DNA of 63,706 nucleotides, the filler included, from Pelomyxa schiedti (Eukaryota; Protista; Evosea): assembly GCA_020536535.1 (NCBI GenBank). It is 6 parts of 6 records of this genome, joined end to end, with 100 filler letters (N's around TTAATTAATTAA, not from the genome) between each part and the next. Parts side by side here need not be neighbours in the genome. Positions count along the whole stretch, not along the records: positions 33,044 to 61,509 come from JAHLWZ010000376.1; 5 more parts are not named here. One strand, 5' to 3'. The notes below the pieces were generated by a model that had not been told where the DNA came from, did no database searches, and saw nothing but the letters and a program-made list of their open reading frames with translations. The position numbers and the translations under genes are program-made. Below are positions 49,656-60,740 of the stretch, in pieces; position 1 is the stretch's first letter; each line of letters opens with the position of its first letter.

Positions 49656-51765
49656 ATGAGTCTTAAGCTGTTCGTCGGTCAAGTAGTATGTTATGCTTCT
49701 ATGTTTTTTTTTTCCACCCCCCGTTTTGTGTCAACGTTTGTGTTGCAAAGCCCAAGTCACTGAACGATGTCGATTTGAGACCTCTGTTCGAACCGCATGG
49801 GAAAGTGAACGAAATCGCCATAATACGAGACAGGGTCACAATGGAATCCAAAGGTGATTCGCGAAAGTGTTGTAATTCCTTACGCTTTATTTACGGAATA
49901 ATAGGGTGCGCATTTGTCACCTTCTCCACGCAGGAAGAGGCCGACTCGGCCATTGCTGCTCTTCATAACGTGAAGATACTTCCGGTGTGTTGTGTTTTAG
50001 TAATAGTCCCCACTCCGCAGTTTTTGCTAACGGACTATACGCGTATAGGGGGCAAACAAACCTCTGCAAGTCAAATACGCTGATTCTGGACAGGACAATG
50101 CCCAAGCTGCTCCACAAGCCCCACAGAACGAGTACAAGCTCTTCATCGGAAAAGTCCCCAATCAAGCCACCGAAGATGACCTACGGAGTTTATTTAACAA
50201 CTATGGCCACGTAACTGAGGTTTCACTTTCCATTGTTTTGTTGTTGCCGCACTTACTCAAGCAAAGGTCGTTATCCTTCGGGGATTTGATGGTCTTAGCA
50301 AGGGGTGTGGTTTCGTTAAATACAGCACCAAGGGGGAGGCTGAAACTGCAATTGAGGCCGTCAATGGGAAATACCGGATGGAAGTAAGCTTATCATTTGA
50401 TTAGAGACCCAAATAACTTTATTCAGGGTGGACCCTGCGAGTTGGTTGTAAAGTACGCCGATGTGAAGGTAAAAGCTGAAGAAAAGGGAAAAGCTACTAC
50501 TGCCTCTGCAGCAGCAGCTTCTTCTTCTCCACAAGCTGCAGTACGTATCTCCCCTCTGTCTCTATGCTATCCCTCACGTAAAACAGACTGATATTTTGAG
50601 TGCCTTGACCAATTTTGCTAGTCCTCATGACATAGTCCAGTTGGCACAAATACAGGCAGCACAACAGTTACAAGTACCCTATGACACATGACTACCGGAT
50701 TTTTCCACTTACAATCATTACAGGTGGCCCTGCAGCAAGCCCAGGCACAGTTGGCAGCTGCTTTGCAAGTACCATATGATTTTGGAGCTTGTATGTATTT
50801 CCTTTTATCGTCACATTACACTTTGCCTGTTTGCTTGCTTGCCTCTCTTCTCTTCTGCTCCCTTCTTTTTTCTTTTCGTGCGTGCAGTTGCTGTCACTGT
50901 TATGCATGAAAATGATTTCAGACGTGATGAAAGTCTTGCATGCTTGGTTTTTTCCGCTTGCCTTTTGCTTGATTGTAGTAGGAATTGTAAAGTGCACTTT
51001 AATGTTAATGGAGTGCTTGCCATGGCCTTTCCTTTATTCTTCACTAACTTTCTAACAAGGAGATTTACGAGCCAAGGTTTTGACTGATTTTGCATTTTCC
51101 ACTAACCTCTCTTCTTCTTCTTCTCTTTCTGTACACAACCGCACCGACTTACAACACAAACAACCTCTTGTCGTTCATTAACTTCAATGCCAGCTTCTCA
51201 AGCAATTCAAAACCTGGCAATGATTACAAATATTGCTCAAGTTGGACTTAGCAATATGTCTGGAGGACAATTTGCATATAACAACGGGAATGGAGCATCA
51301 CCAGGGGGAACGGCTACCCCAAACTTTTCTGGGTCAGCTTCAGCGGCAGCTGTAGCCGCGGCCCTTCCGATTGGCGCGCGTCAAGCAGAAGGTGTATACT
51401 TCTCACAATCAACAACAAACAATTAACATTGTAAATAGGGCCACCTGGTGCAAACTTGTTCATTTATCACTTGCCAAAGGAATTCCAAGATGCGGACTTG
51501 GCAAATGTGTTCGCACCGTTTGGAAATGTCATCAGTGCCAAAGTATTTGTCGACAAGGACACCGGAGTTAGCAAATGTTTCGGTGCACTCCCAATTACAC
51601 CACATTCATTTGAGCTAACACTACAATATAGGCTTTGTGTCCTATGACTCTGCTGAAGCCGCACAAGTTGCTATTGGGAGCATGAATGGATACCAAATAG
51701 GCCCCAAGAGACTCAAAGTACAACTCAAAAATGAACACAGCCGCACAACCGGCAAGCCATACTAA
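49656..51765 (+). CDS. CELF: CELF/Bruno-like RNA-binding protein (3 RRMs)
   Basis: [58 protein letters not shown]-terminal KPY*. Confidence 0.93.
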
Positions 51766-51986
51766 CCACCAATAAGCCTTCTTTGTACAAAGTACATTTA
51801 AAAAGTGGCTAAACACCCTTTTCGTTTTAATTAATTTTCATTTCTGAACCATCGCCCTCCTGCTTTGTAACACTCGTACATCCCCTGCATGGTCTGTTGT
51901 GTCCACTTTCAACGAAATCAACTTCTTCAGGGAAAAGTGAAAGAAAAATTGATCATACGAAAAAAAAACAAAGGACCAACAAGGAC

Positions 51987-52959
51987 ATGGGGCAGGCGGA
52001 GAGCCAAATTGGACTGGAAATATACGAGACCTACCATGGTACGCACAGGGCGCATAGATTTGTGCCGCAACTAAACACTAACGCCAAAAACCAAAAAAAC
52101 AACAACACACATTTCAGTTGAGATCCCAGACATAAAGAAATTCGTCAGGGAATTCAAGGAACGAGCGCCGAGTGGCAAAATGACACTCGAGGAATTCGTG
52201 GCACACTGGCAGCCTCAGGGGCTCCCGAGGGAGGCCAGCTCAAGGGTATGCAGCAATACACCTCAACTAAACTTATGGGCCCATTTATTTCATTATATAA
52301 AGAAGAAAATATAAGCATCCTATTCATTGTTCGTGGTTGTGTGTGTTTAGGTTTTCAATGCCTTTGACAAAGATCACTCAGGGTGTGTTTTAGGGGTTTT
52401 TCTGGGTGAAATTAAGCATTTGTAACTTACACCCAATTGCAGTACCCTGGAACTGCAGGAGTTCTTGACCTACGTTGCTATCAACAACAAGACCTCTACT
52501 GTTGGTATGGGTTTTTTTTTCTTACGGGATTTCCGAAACTTCCCTCACCCATATTTAAGAACAAAAGCTGGAGGCGTCATTCATGGTGTTTGATGCAAGT
52601 GGTGATGGGACACTCACTCGAGAAGAAGTCCGGTATGTGTAAAGAATGGTATTTACTTATTAACGGTTCAAAAGAGCAATGTTGGTTCTCATCGCCCAGC
52701 AGGTTAGCCCCATTTTCACGACAGTTTTGTTGATTTTTCCTCCAGCAAGGCGCTGCTGATGAAGGAGCAATAAGGTTCATTGAAAACGACGCCGTACCCA
52801 AGATCTTTGCTGCGGTTGACACAAACAAAGTAGGGACTCCGCATTTTTTGGAAAAAGACAACTAACTCCACACCACAGAACAACACCTTGGATATGGCCG
52901 AATTTATTCAGGGATTCAAAGAGCAACCAGCCTTGTGCAAGTTCTTCAAAATCTTCTAA
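51987..52959 (+). CDS. Myristoylated EF-hand protein (neuronal calcium sensor/frequenin-like)
   Basis: MGQAES; PSGKMTLEEF; FDKDHSGTLELQEF; EQKLEASFMVFDASGDGTLTREE. Confidence 0.85.
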
Positions 52960-52988
52960 AGAAGGAAGAGGAGTTCCCAATTTTTATT

Positions 52989-54180
52989 TTATTGGCTATC
53001 GAGCTTGATAATACAAAAGTGCCTTACACCTCCCTCCACATCTACAGTCAGAACAAGATGTATTTTGACTGGCTTCGTCACCAAAAGTGTGAAGGAGACT
53101 TTTTGCTTTTCTTTCTATAAAACCGGATGAGTTGGAACATTAGGAATAGAGAATGTACCTTTTTTATTATTGCGGCCTGTGGCGTAATTGTCAAAGCAAC
53201 GGCCTGTGGTGTCTCTGAAAAATGAGATATCTTGTACTTCACTTTCTCATGGCCGGTCTGAGATAGGATTTGTCCGAGGTTAGTATCAAAGGGAGTACGG
53301 AATTACATTGGTGATGGTGATTTCATCAATGAGGCCTCTTGTGAGAGGGCATTTGCACCCAATTCCCACACCGAAGTCGAGGTAACGTTTGTCCAGGTGA
53401 ATACTAGGAAGTGTTCCCTTGAATAGCTTCCGAACTAGAAAGGAATTTTGATTTAATGAAAGCGGAGATCCAAATACCTTTTGTGTTTTGTGAAAGTAAC
53501 TGCTGAGCTATTTCTGTCTGAACGTGCTCGATTGCACGCTCTACCTGCAGAACTGGTCGTTCAATGAACAGAGTTTTAAGTTGTTCCCTATCCGCAGCAC
53601 TTGCTTCATCTCTGCATGCCCTATGCACAACAAAGTGAGTGAAAGTATTGTTTACAATACTCCCAAACGTAACGAAACTAAAGCAAAAAGCAAAAAGCAA
53701 AAAGCAAAAAGCAAAAAGCAAAAAGCAAAAAGCAAAAAGCAAAAAGCAAAAAGCAAAAAGCAAAAAGCAAAAAGCAAAAAGCAAGAAGCAAGAAGCAAGA
53801 AGCAAGAAGCAAGAAGCAAGAAGCAAGAAGCAAGAAGCAAGAAGCAAGAAGCAAGAAGCAAGAAGCAAGAAGACAACCCATAATTGGCGTACAACCACAA
53901 ACACACCTTTCGAGCACGGCCAAATCGCCACCTACGAATCCAGTGTAGTTCTCGCCTGACGACGAATCCACCACGAACGACTCTGGGCCGCTGCCCCCTG
54001 ACGACACCCCGCACGTGCCCGTGCGCGGCTGCGGATGAATTATGGGTCAAAAAGACGGCCGTGGACGGCGAGAACACAACACATGGGGAGGGATGAGTGA
54101 GATGCCGGACGTTGGGGACGACGTACACACAGGGTCCGGGAACGACATCAACAACTTGGAAAGCGCAGCGTCCATCATCA
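52989..54180 (-). CDS. Hypothetical multi-exon protein with a possible Ig-like/MSP-like C-terminus (start uncertain)
   Basis: Exon-like blocks YLDFGVGIG..DEITITN, LTITPQAAIIKK, QKVSFTLLVTKPVKIHLVLTVDVEGG..SQ*. Confidence 0.45.
53680..53872 (+). repeat. Compound 7-bp tandem repeat (AAAAAGC)x14 then (AAGAAGC)x12
   Basis: Read directly from the sequence; probably intronic. Confidence 0.97.
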
Positions 54181-54279
54181 ATCAACCCAATGCTTTTTTA
54201 CTATCTTTTCTTCTTTTCTTTCTCTGTTCCTCCGAGGCAACTTCTCCCTGAAAACGGGGACAGCAGACAGGAACCCCTA

Positions 54280-55980
54280 ATGGAAGAACACCCTCATTCC
54301 CCAATGGGAAAAGAACACACAACTAACATCTATCACATACTTGACGGGGCATACAATAGCACGTGCCATGGACACTACAAGGTGGCCGCATTCGCTACCG
54401 TCGGGTGCCGCCCCTCCGTGGTGCCCCTACTGCGGTCGCAACCACCCCCCGCCGCACCGCCGGCCCCCCGCGCCCCCGGGCGAACCCGCCGAACCCCAGC
54501 CCGAGCCCCAGCCCGAGCCCCCGCCCCCATCCTCCTCCCCTTCGCCGCCGCCTCGGGCGCCCACGCCGCCGCCGCCGCCAGTTTTCCTTCGGATGTCTCC
54601 TCGTGCGCGAGTGCTTCTCTCGCCGTCGCCGCCACCCCCGCCACAACCCCCTACGCCGAGCCGCTCCCCTGGGGGTGTCTCGGAGGCCCCGGCGCTGCCG
54701 CCTGAAGGGTCCTCGGAGTGGCTACGGCTAGTGCAGCAGCAGAAGGCGCTGTGGGGTCGGATCGAGCGGGGGCGCCAGTTGGCCAATTGCAGTGTTGGTG
54801 GTGGTGGTGGTGTTGGTGGCAGCGGCAGTGGTCAATTGCAGCCGCAGACAGAATCGCGGTCACAGCCGTTGTCGCAATTGGAATCGCAGTTGCAACCACC
54901 CGAATCTCGAATGCAATTGCAAGCGGAATCGCATGGACGCCGACAAACCCAACGTGATATGCAACAGAAACAACTTGAAGCAAGGAAACAGCCGCGAGAG
55001 CATTTCCCATTTCATTACCCATCTCATGGTGACACAGCAGCTGTTGTGGGGTATTCTTCTTTTGATTCCATCATTCAATCAATGCAAGCAACAACATACC
55101 AAAGTTCCCCTGTCTCTGCCTTGTCAAATTCGTTTGGCTCACCCAGCACTCCCTCATATCCCTATCCCACTGAGGAATCAGATGGCACATCACTGGATTC
55201 GCCTTGGGATTCCCCAGAAACTCCACCTCCAAATTCCACAGAAACTCACACCTCAGTCAGTGATGAACCTGAAACCACAATCGACAATAGCAGCGACCAC
55301 AGTGGCAAGGACAATGGCTCATTTCGTGAACCCAATTGGTTTCTCCATGACAAGAATGAACCACTCGGAGGTGAAGTGCCAATGCAAAGAAACCCCAGTT
55401 GCCAGCACTTCTGTTCCAGCAGCCAACCAAGAAACCAATTCCAGGTCCATTAGACAGACAGCCAACACAAAACAAACGCAAAAAGAAAAAGCCACGAACT
55501 CAGCCGGACTTTTCCTCTCCCTCCCAGTTTCCAGAACCAAGACTCATCCCACTAAAGAGGCCCCCCACAATGGAATCATACACTCTGACAACCAATTCAT
55601 CAAAGCAAGTCAGGCCCAATTCATGGCAACCTCCACAACAAGTAGCTCCCTCACCTTCACTCACAACTTCACAAACAAAAGTTACCCCTTCACCACCAAC
55701 TGATGCTAATGTTGCCCAAGATGTTTGCCAGCTGTGCTTCTCCACCAAGGTAATATTTTCGTGCACACAATAGTATTACATAGCAGTGTGAAGTTTTAAG
55801 CCAGCCATTAAATCATCAACACACACACAGAGCAACTGCGTGATTGTTCCATGTGGACACCTTGGCTTGTGCTTTGAATGTGGGACACTCATCAAGAACA
55901 AGTCATCAGCTGAGTCGCCAGCCCTCTGCCCATTCTGCCGCAATCCAATCACACAACTCATCCAGACTTTCAGGGTCTGA
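54280..55980 (+). CDS. C-terminal C3HC4 RING (IAP/Neuralized-type) protein, copy 1 (start uncertain)
   Basis: CQLCF-CVIVPCGHLGLCFECG..CPFCRNPITQLIQTFRV*. Confidence 0.75.
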
Positions 55981-56024
55981 TCCACCTGATAATAATGATT
56001 TTTCACATCTGAACCCACAATCAA

Positions 56025-56532
56025 CGGACCCCCCTCACTTATTGTTTTTCTTTCGATTCAAATTCCAACGAGGCTCCATATAAAGAAGTCCCAAGGGGGG
56101 TCCAAACAGGGTAATAGGCTTAAGAGATCGAATTTAGAAGGTTAGATTGGACCATAGCCATACGATTAGACAATAGCATACTGGGCCACAGGTCAGAGGG
56201 GGTAACCAACAGAGAGGACCTGACCCTTACCAACTACCATGAGACCCACGAAGATAGGAATACTGCCTCCCAGCAGCATCAGTGCAGGACCCACACTGAC
56301 ACCATCTGTTAGCAGAAGGAAAGGTATTGTTTTTCCCTTATTGTGCATCCGGACTCACTAGCAACTCGGCTTCCCTCGCTGTTGCAAATCCCCAAGTCCA
56401 CTTAATTACTGTTTACCCCTGTTTTCTTGGTTATGCCTGTTGGTACCAACCCCTCATCCCTTGATGGCTGTTTTTGGCTTGGAAAATCAAAATCAGCGGG
56501 ATAAAGAAAAAAGAAATAGTGAGGGGGGCCCG
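56025..56532. mobile_element. 508-bp non-autonomous DNA transposon with an 8-bp TSD, related to the element at 1-1727
   Basis: ACAATCAA at 56017-56024 and 56533-56540. Ends CGGACCCCCCTCACT / AGTGAGGGGGGCCCG, extending imperfectly to ~28 bp. No ORF. Confidence 0.9.
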
Positions 56533-57096
56533 ACAATCAATGGTCAGAAATCGAAATCAGAGCAAATAACTCCCGAGTTTGTGCCCAAGTAGGGGGTGGT
56601 GTTCATTGGCATTTTGTTAGCTTCTGTGGGCTCGAGAATAAGTCCCACAGAGGAAGAAAACGAGTGAGAGTGAAGAGAATAAAGGGTTCTCTTGTTTGTT
56701 TGGTTGTTGTTGTAAGGGGATAAAAAGGGAGTGTGTAAAATCTCGCAGAGCGGTTGTGCGATTGGGTTAAAAGGCTGCGATGTTCAAATGGATTCTCGGA
56801 CAAGTGTGCATGTGATCAAAACCGCCTGCCGCGTTCTTATTGCTGTATTTGTGCGCCCAGCTGCGCAGTGCGCTGATCATTACCTTCGCTGTCTCATTCT
56901 GGTAATAGTCCAGATTCGGCTCAGTCCTCAGTCTCTCCAATCATCCCGCTAAAGTCCGCCAGACTTCAGAGCCTCGCGAGCAAGGCCGAGTTCGTGTACT
57001 TTGTGGAAGTACACAATTTCGAGCTGCGGTGCCAAACAAGAATTTTTTTTACTTTAGAGCTTCCCACCAAGATTTGATTTCGACCTGACGCGGACG

Positions 57097-58095
57097 ATGA
57101 TGCATGGTGACGCCGAGGGCACGCACCCGTGGTGGGCCGCGCTGGTGCGCCAGCAGGCCGAGCTGCTGTCCCACTACCACGGCGCCACACCACCCACCCC
57201 CACCGGAAAGATTACGACCCATCATGAAGATCGGCTGAAGCAACAGCAACAGCAACAGCAACAACCGGAGTTGATGTGCAGTGGTGGTTGTGGGGAAGTG
57301 GCTAATTGGGTTGGGGGAGGAGGAGCAGGAGGAGGAGGAGGGCGTAGTGCTGGTCGTGGTTGTGGTGGACACGATGGTTGCTGCTGTATTTGTATGCAGG
57401 CGGCAGCACCGCCACCACTACCATCATCATCATCAGTGTGTTCAAGGTACCAATGCCCCTCACTGACCGTGTGTAAGACTTGTCGAATTCACATGATTGT
57501 GCAGAGAGTCATCAGATGAAGTGACAGTGTTGGAACTCATTGACTTGACTGGGAGTGTTCCTGATGGGCCCGAAACAATCGATCTCTGCGATGCAGGTGA
57601 AAGTCCAACGTCGATTAGTTCCGAAAGTGGGGGCACACAGAGCTTCCAAAACCCACGGCGCCATCACAAGCAGGCTCTGCCGGCAAACTCCTCTCCTGTG
57701 GTTCCACCATCAACACATCGCTCACCACCGACAACAAATTCCACATGCACCACCCCAGCAACCAATTCATCAAAGCAACCAATTCCCAACTCTGCTCAAC
57801 ATCCTTCATTGCCTGGTGTTGATACTGCTGAAGACCTCTGTCAACTGTGTTTCTCGAACAAGGTTGATTCTTTGTCTTTCATTCACACAACAATGACAAT
57901 GGATAAACCACCAATGCCCAAAATCAACACACACAGAGCAACTGCGTTATTGTTCCATGTGGACACCTTGGCTTGTGCTTTGACTGTGGGGCACTCATCA
58001 AGAACAAGTCATCATCCACAACCAAGTCACCACCAACCCTCTGCCCATTCTGCCGCAATCCAATCACACAAGTCATTCAGACCTTCAAGCCCTGA
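57097..58095 (+). CDS. RING protein copy 2, with SIM-like motifs; frame discontinuity near 57500
   Basis: ELIDLT, ETIDLC; CQLCF-CVIVPCGHLGLCFDCG..CPFCR. Confidence 0.65.
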
Positions 58096-58168
58096 TTGCA
58101 CCTGAACGAGTTTAATCAAGAAGGAAATTCTATTTTATTTACTTGGAGTAAATTCATAAGGATCAGCA

Positions 58169-59044
58169 TCATTGAAGGTTACACTCACTTTTCTGGTGGG
58201 TCCGCTTAGTCGACTCTGTTGGAAAGCCAAAACGTATGGCTTCATCAAATACCTGTTTAAGGCCAATCTGTGTAACTGCAGAGCACTCTCTATACTTTGC
58301 ATTCATTTCTTTGGCTTTGGCAGCACCTTGGTCATATGTTATGTGTACCGGCTTCACACCAGCAGAGTGTGACTCCCAGTAGTCTCTAATGTCAGTTTTC
58401 GTTCCCACCAAGAGTATTTTGCTCCTTGGAAAATGGTGGGATATCTCAGGGTACCATGTGGCACTAACATTCTCAAACGATGGGGGGTTATCAACTGAGA
58501 ACAGAATGATGAAAACTTCTACAAAGTGTGAAATAATAGTAAGTACAAGCTGCGTTTGGTATAAAGAATATTGAAAAATCTGTGAGTAAGGTGTCACGTG
58601 AAAAGAAAGAGAATAAGATACTTTAAAGTTAAATCCACAAGCGTTCCTTGTGCTTACAAATAATACAATCACGTAGGGAAATGGAAAGGGATTGTGCCAT
58701 GGGAAAACAAAGAAACAAAAAATGAGGGTGTCAAGCAGTGTCGACACACCAGGGCATGAGTTCCCACCAGAGTAACTGCGAATGACATCGGCCGAGCAGC
58801 AGCCGTTCGTGTCGTACAGCGACATGCACACCGGGACGTTGTCCACCATGACGTTGGCCGTATAGCGGTCCATCACGTCGGGAATGCTGTCGAATGGTGG
58901 GTAGCAGTTTGGCACAGTGTAAGACAGCAGCATGCTTGTCTTGCCGGCTCCAGTGTCACCGACAACACTACAACATGATGATTTGATGAAACCTGATGGA
59001 TGCATTGCTGGGGCTGAGCTGGTGGATACGGCCTTAATCATCAT
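58169..59044 (-). CDS. Atypical Rac/Rho-family GTPase
   Basis: VVGDTGAGKTSMLLSYT, LYDTNG, SFENV..WYPEI, LVGTKTD, YRECSA..GLKQVFDEAIR, CaaX CNLQ*; one ~230-nt intron. Confidence 0.88.
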   Translation of the reverse strand: MMIKAVSTSSAPAMHPSGFIKSSCCSVVGDTGAGKTSMLLSYTVPNCYPPFDSIPDVMDRYTANVMVDNVPVCMSLYDTNGCCSADVIRSYSGGNSCPGVSTLLDTLIFCFFVFPWHNPFPFPYVIVLFVSTRNACGFNFKVSYSLSFHVTPYSQIFQYSLYQTQLVLTIISHFVEVFIILFSVDNPPSFENVSATWYPEISHHFPRSKILLVGTKTDIRDYWESHSAGVKPVHITYDQGAAKAKEMNAKYRECSAVTQIGLKQVFDEAIRFGFPTESTKRTHQKSECNLQ

Positions 59045-59084
59045 TGTCTTTTTCACTTGAAGGATTTATGAATGTGAAAAAAAA

Positions 59085-60293
59085 ATGGCTCTCCGTGTGC
59101 CGTTGGCCCACTATGGTCGATCCACTGCGCCTCTGCTCCCTGTGTCCCGCCGCGTACCCGCCCCAGCCACCACCTCCGCTACGCCCACGTTCTGCCCGTC
59201 ACCGACGGCGGCGCGACGCCGGCCACCAACACCACCAGCGTGGCCGCCCCAGCAACAACAAACAGCGGCAAAGCGGGCGTCTTCAGCGGACGTACATCGG
59301 ATCCGGATCCCACAAGTACAACACCCAGAACCACGCTTGCCTCTTGTACATCCACAAAGCAAGGTGTTTCAGGTAGAAAGGAATTCCACGGGCAGCCAAC
59401 CACGACCAGTGTGGTCGCTACAACAACAACAAACAACGCGGGCGTCTCCAATCTATCGCCAGATCCTTATCCCACAAGAGCAACACACAGGCCCACACTC
59501 ACAACCTCATTTCCATCCAAAAAGCAAGGTGTTGCCAGTAGTAGCATTGAATTCAGCGACTGACGATGAGGCCGATCGGTGGTGGCACCACCAAATCGGG
59601 GGATCCCACAATTGGAGCTCCGATTGCCGGAGTGAAGATATATGTGAAGCCCTTCGTGCCCGAATAGTATCGCAACCCAGCAGCAAGTACATTACAACAA
59701 CTAAGGAACCAGCTCTTCATCATCTCAACCACGGTCAGAAAACAGGTAAGGCGGCCAAAGATGAAGACTCATTTGATGAAACGCTGGCTGAAGTACAACA
59801 TGCCTTTATGGATTTGTCTAAAAGTTCCGCAAGACTAAGTGTAAAGCTATCTGAGTGGTCAGCAGCACGGAAGAAAGAAAGGCTCCTTGCCGCCCAAGAG
59901 GTTTCACCATCACCGGTTCTCCCACTGAGGAGGAGCCCCACAAATATAATTAACCGTGACACATTGGCACAATTTGCATCAAAGAAGCCACGGTACGACG
60001 CCGTACATCGTGCACAACCCACAGCAACGTCAAAACCAAAAGCAGCATCACCAGGTGCTGATGCCGTGGAGGACATTTGCCGACTGTGCTTCGCAAACAA
60101 GGTTATATCCACAACCGTCCAACCTTCTCAACTCCGCACACAGGGCAACTGCGTGATCGTGCCATGTGGACACCTTGGCTTGTGCTTTGACTGTGGGACA
60201 CTCCTCAACAAATCATCATCAGCTGAGTCGCCAGCCCTCTGCCCATTCTGCCGCAATCCAATCACACAACTCATCCAGACTTTCAGAGTCTGA
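59085..60293 (+). CDS. RING protein copy 3
   Basis: CRLCF-CVIVPCGHLGLCFDCG..CPFCRNPITQLIQTFRV*. Confidence 0.82.
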   Translation: MALRVPLAHYGRSTAPLLPVSRRVPAPATTSATPTFCPSPTAARRRPPTPPAWPPQQQQTAAKRASSADVHRIRIPQVQHPEPRLPLVHPQSKVFQVERNSTGSQPRPVWSLQQQQTTRASPIYRQILIPQEQHTGPHSQPHFHPKSKVLPVVALNSATDDEADRWWHHQIGGSHNWSSDCRSEDICEALRARIVSQPSSKYITTTKEPALHHLNHGQKTGKAAKDEDSFDETLAEVQHAFMDLSKSSARLSVKLSEWSAARKKERLLAAQEVSPSPVLPLRRSPTNIINRDTLAQFASKKPRYDAVHRAQPTATSKPKAASPGADAVEDICRLCFANKVISTTVQPSQLRTQGNCVIVPCGHLGLCFDCGTLLNKSSSAESPALCPFCRNPITQLIQTFRV

Positions 60294-60326
60294 TCCACCA
60301 GTGCCGTGTAGCAACACGGACGTGTA

Positions 60327-60640
60327 CCGTATGTTGAGAAACCTTCGTTCTGAAAAACTTTCGTCGCCGAAAACTTTCGTTGCTGAAAACTTTGGCGTCT
60401 CAGCACCAGGGACGAAAGTTTTGGCACCGGCATTTTCGCGGCGGATAGATCTGTGGATAGATCGAGACGGATAGAAAATCAAATTATGAGCACCTCCTTG
60501 GTTGTCCGTCGGCAACAGCGGTCCGGTCCGGTGCAGTCGGAAAGCTTTGCCGAAGTGTCTCTCGACACTCTTAAGAAATCGGCGGAGGTGTTTGGAATGG
60601 ACCAAAAAAAAGCGGCAATAATAATCTCCACAGCACAAGT
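60327..60640 (+). mobile_element. Longer member of the CCGTA-TIR family, truncated at the gap
   Basis: TA + CCGTATGTTGAGAAACCTTC. 16-bp-period repeats at 60354, 60370 and 60386. An ORF begins at ATG 60486. Confidence 0.8.
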
Positions 60641-60740
60641 NNNNNNNNNNNNNNNNNNNNNNNNNNNNNNNNNNNNNNNNNNNNNNNNNNNNNNNNNNNN
60701 NNNNNNNNNNNNNNNNNNNNNNNNNNNNNNNNNNNNNNNN

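Noticed and set aside
50924-51087. Box C (GTGATGA) and box D (CTGA) as an intronic snoRNA
   Set aside because: About 160 nt apart, with no clear terminal stem and no recognisable rRNA guide. An Infernal/snoscan hit would reopen it.
53404-54007. KAKSKKQ and LLASCF repeat ORFs
   Set aside because: By-products of the stop-free 7-bp satellite.
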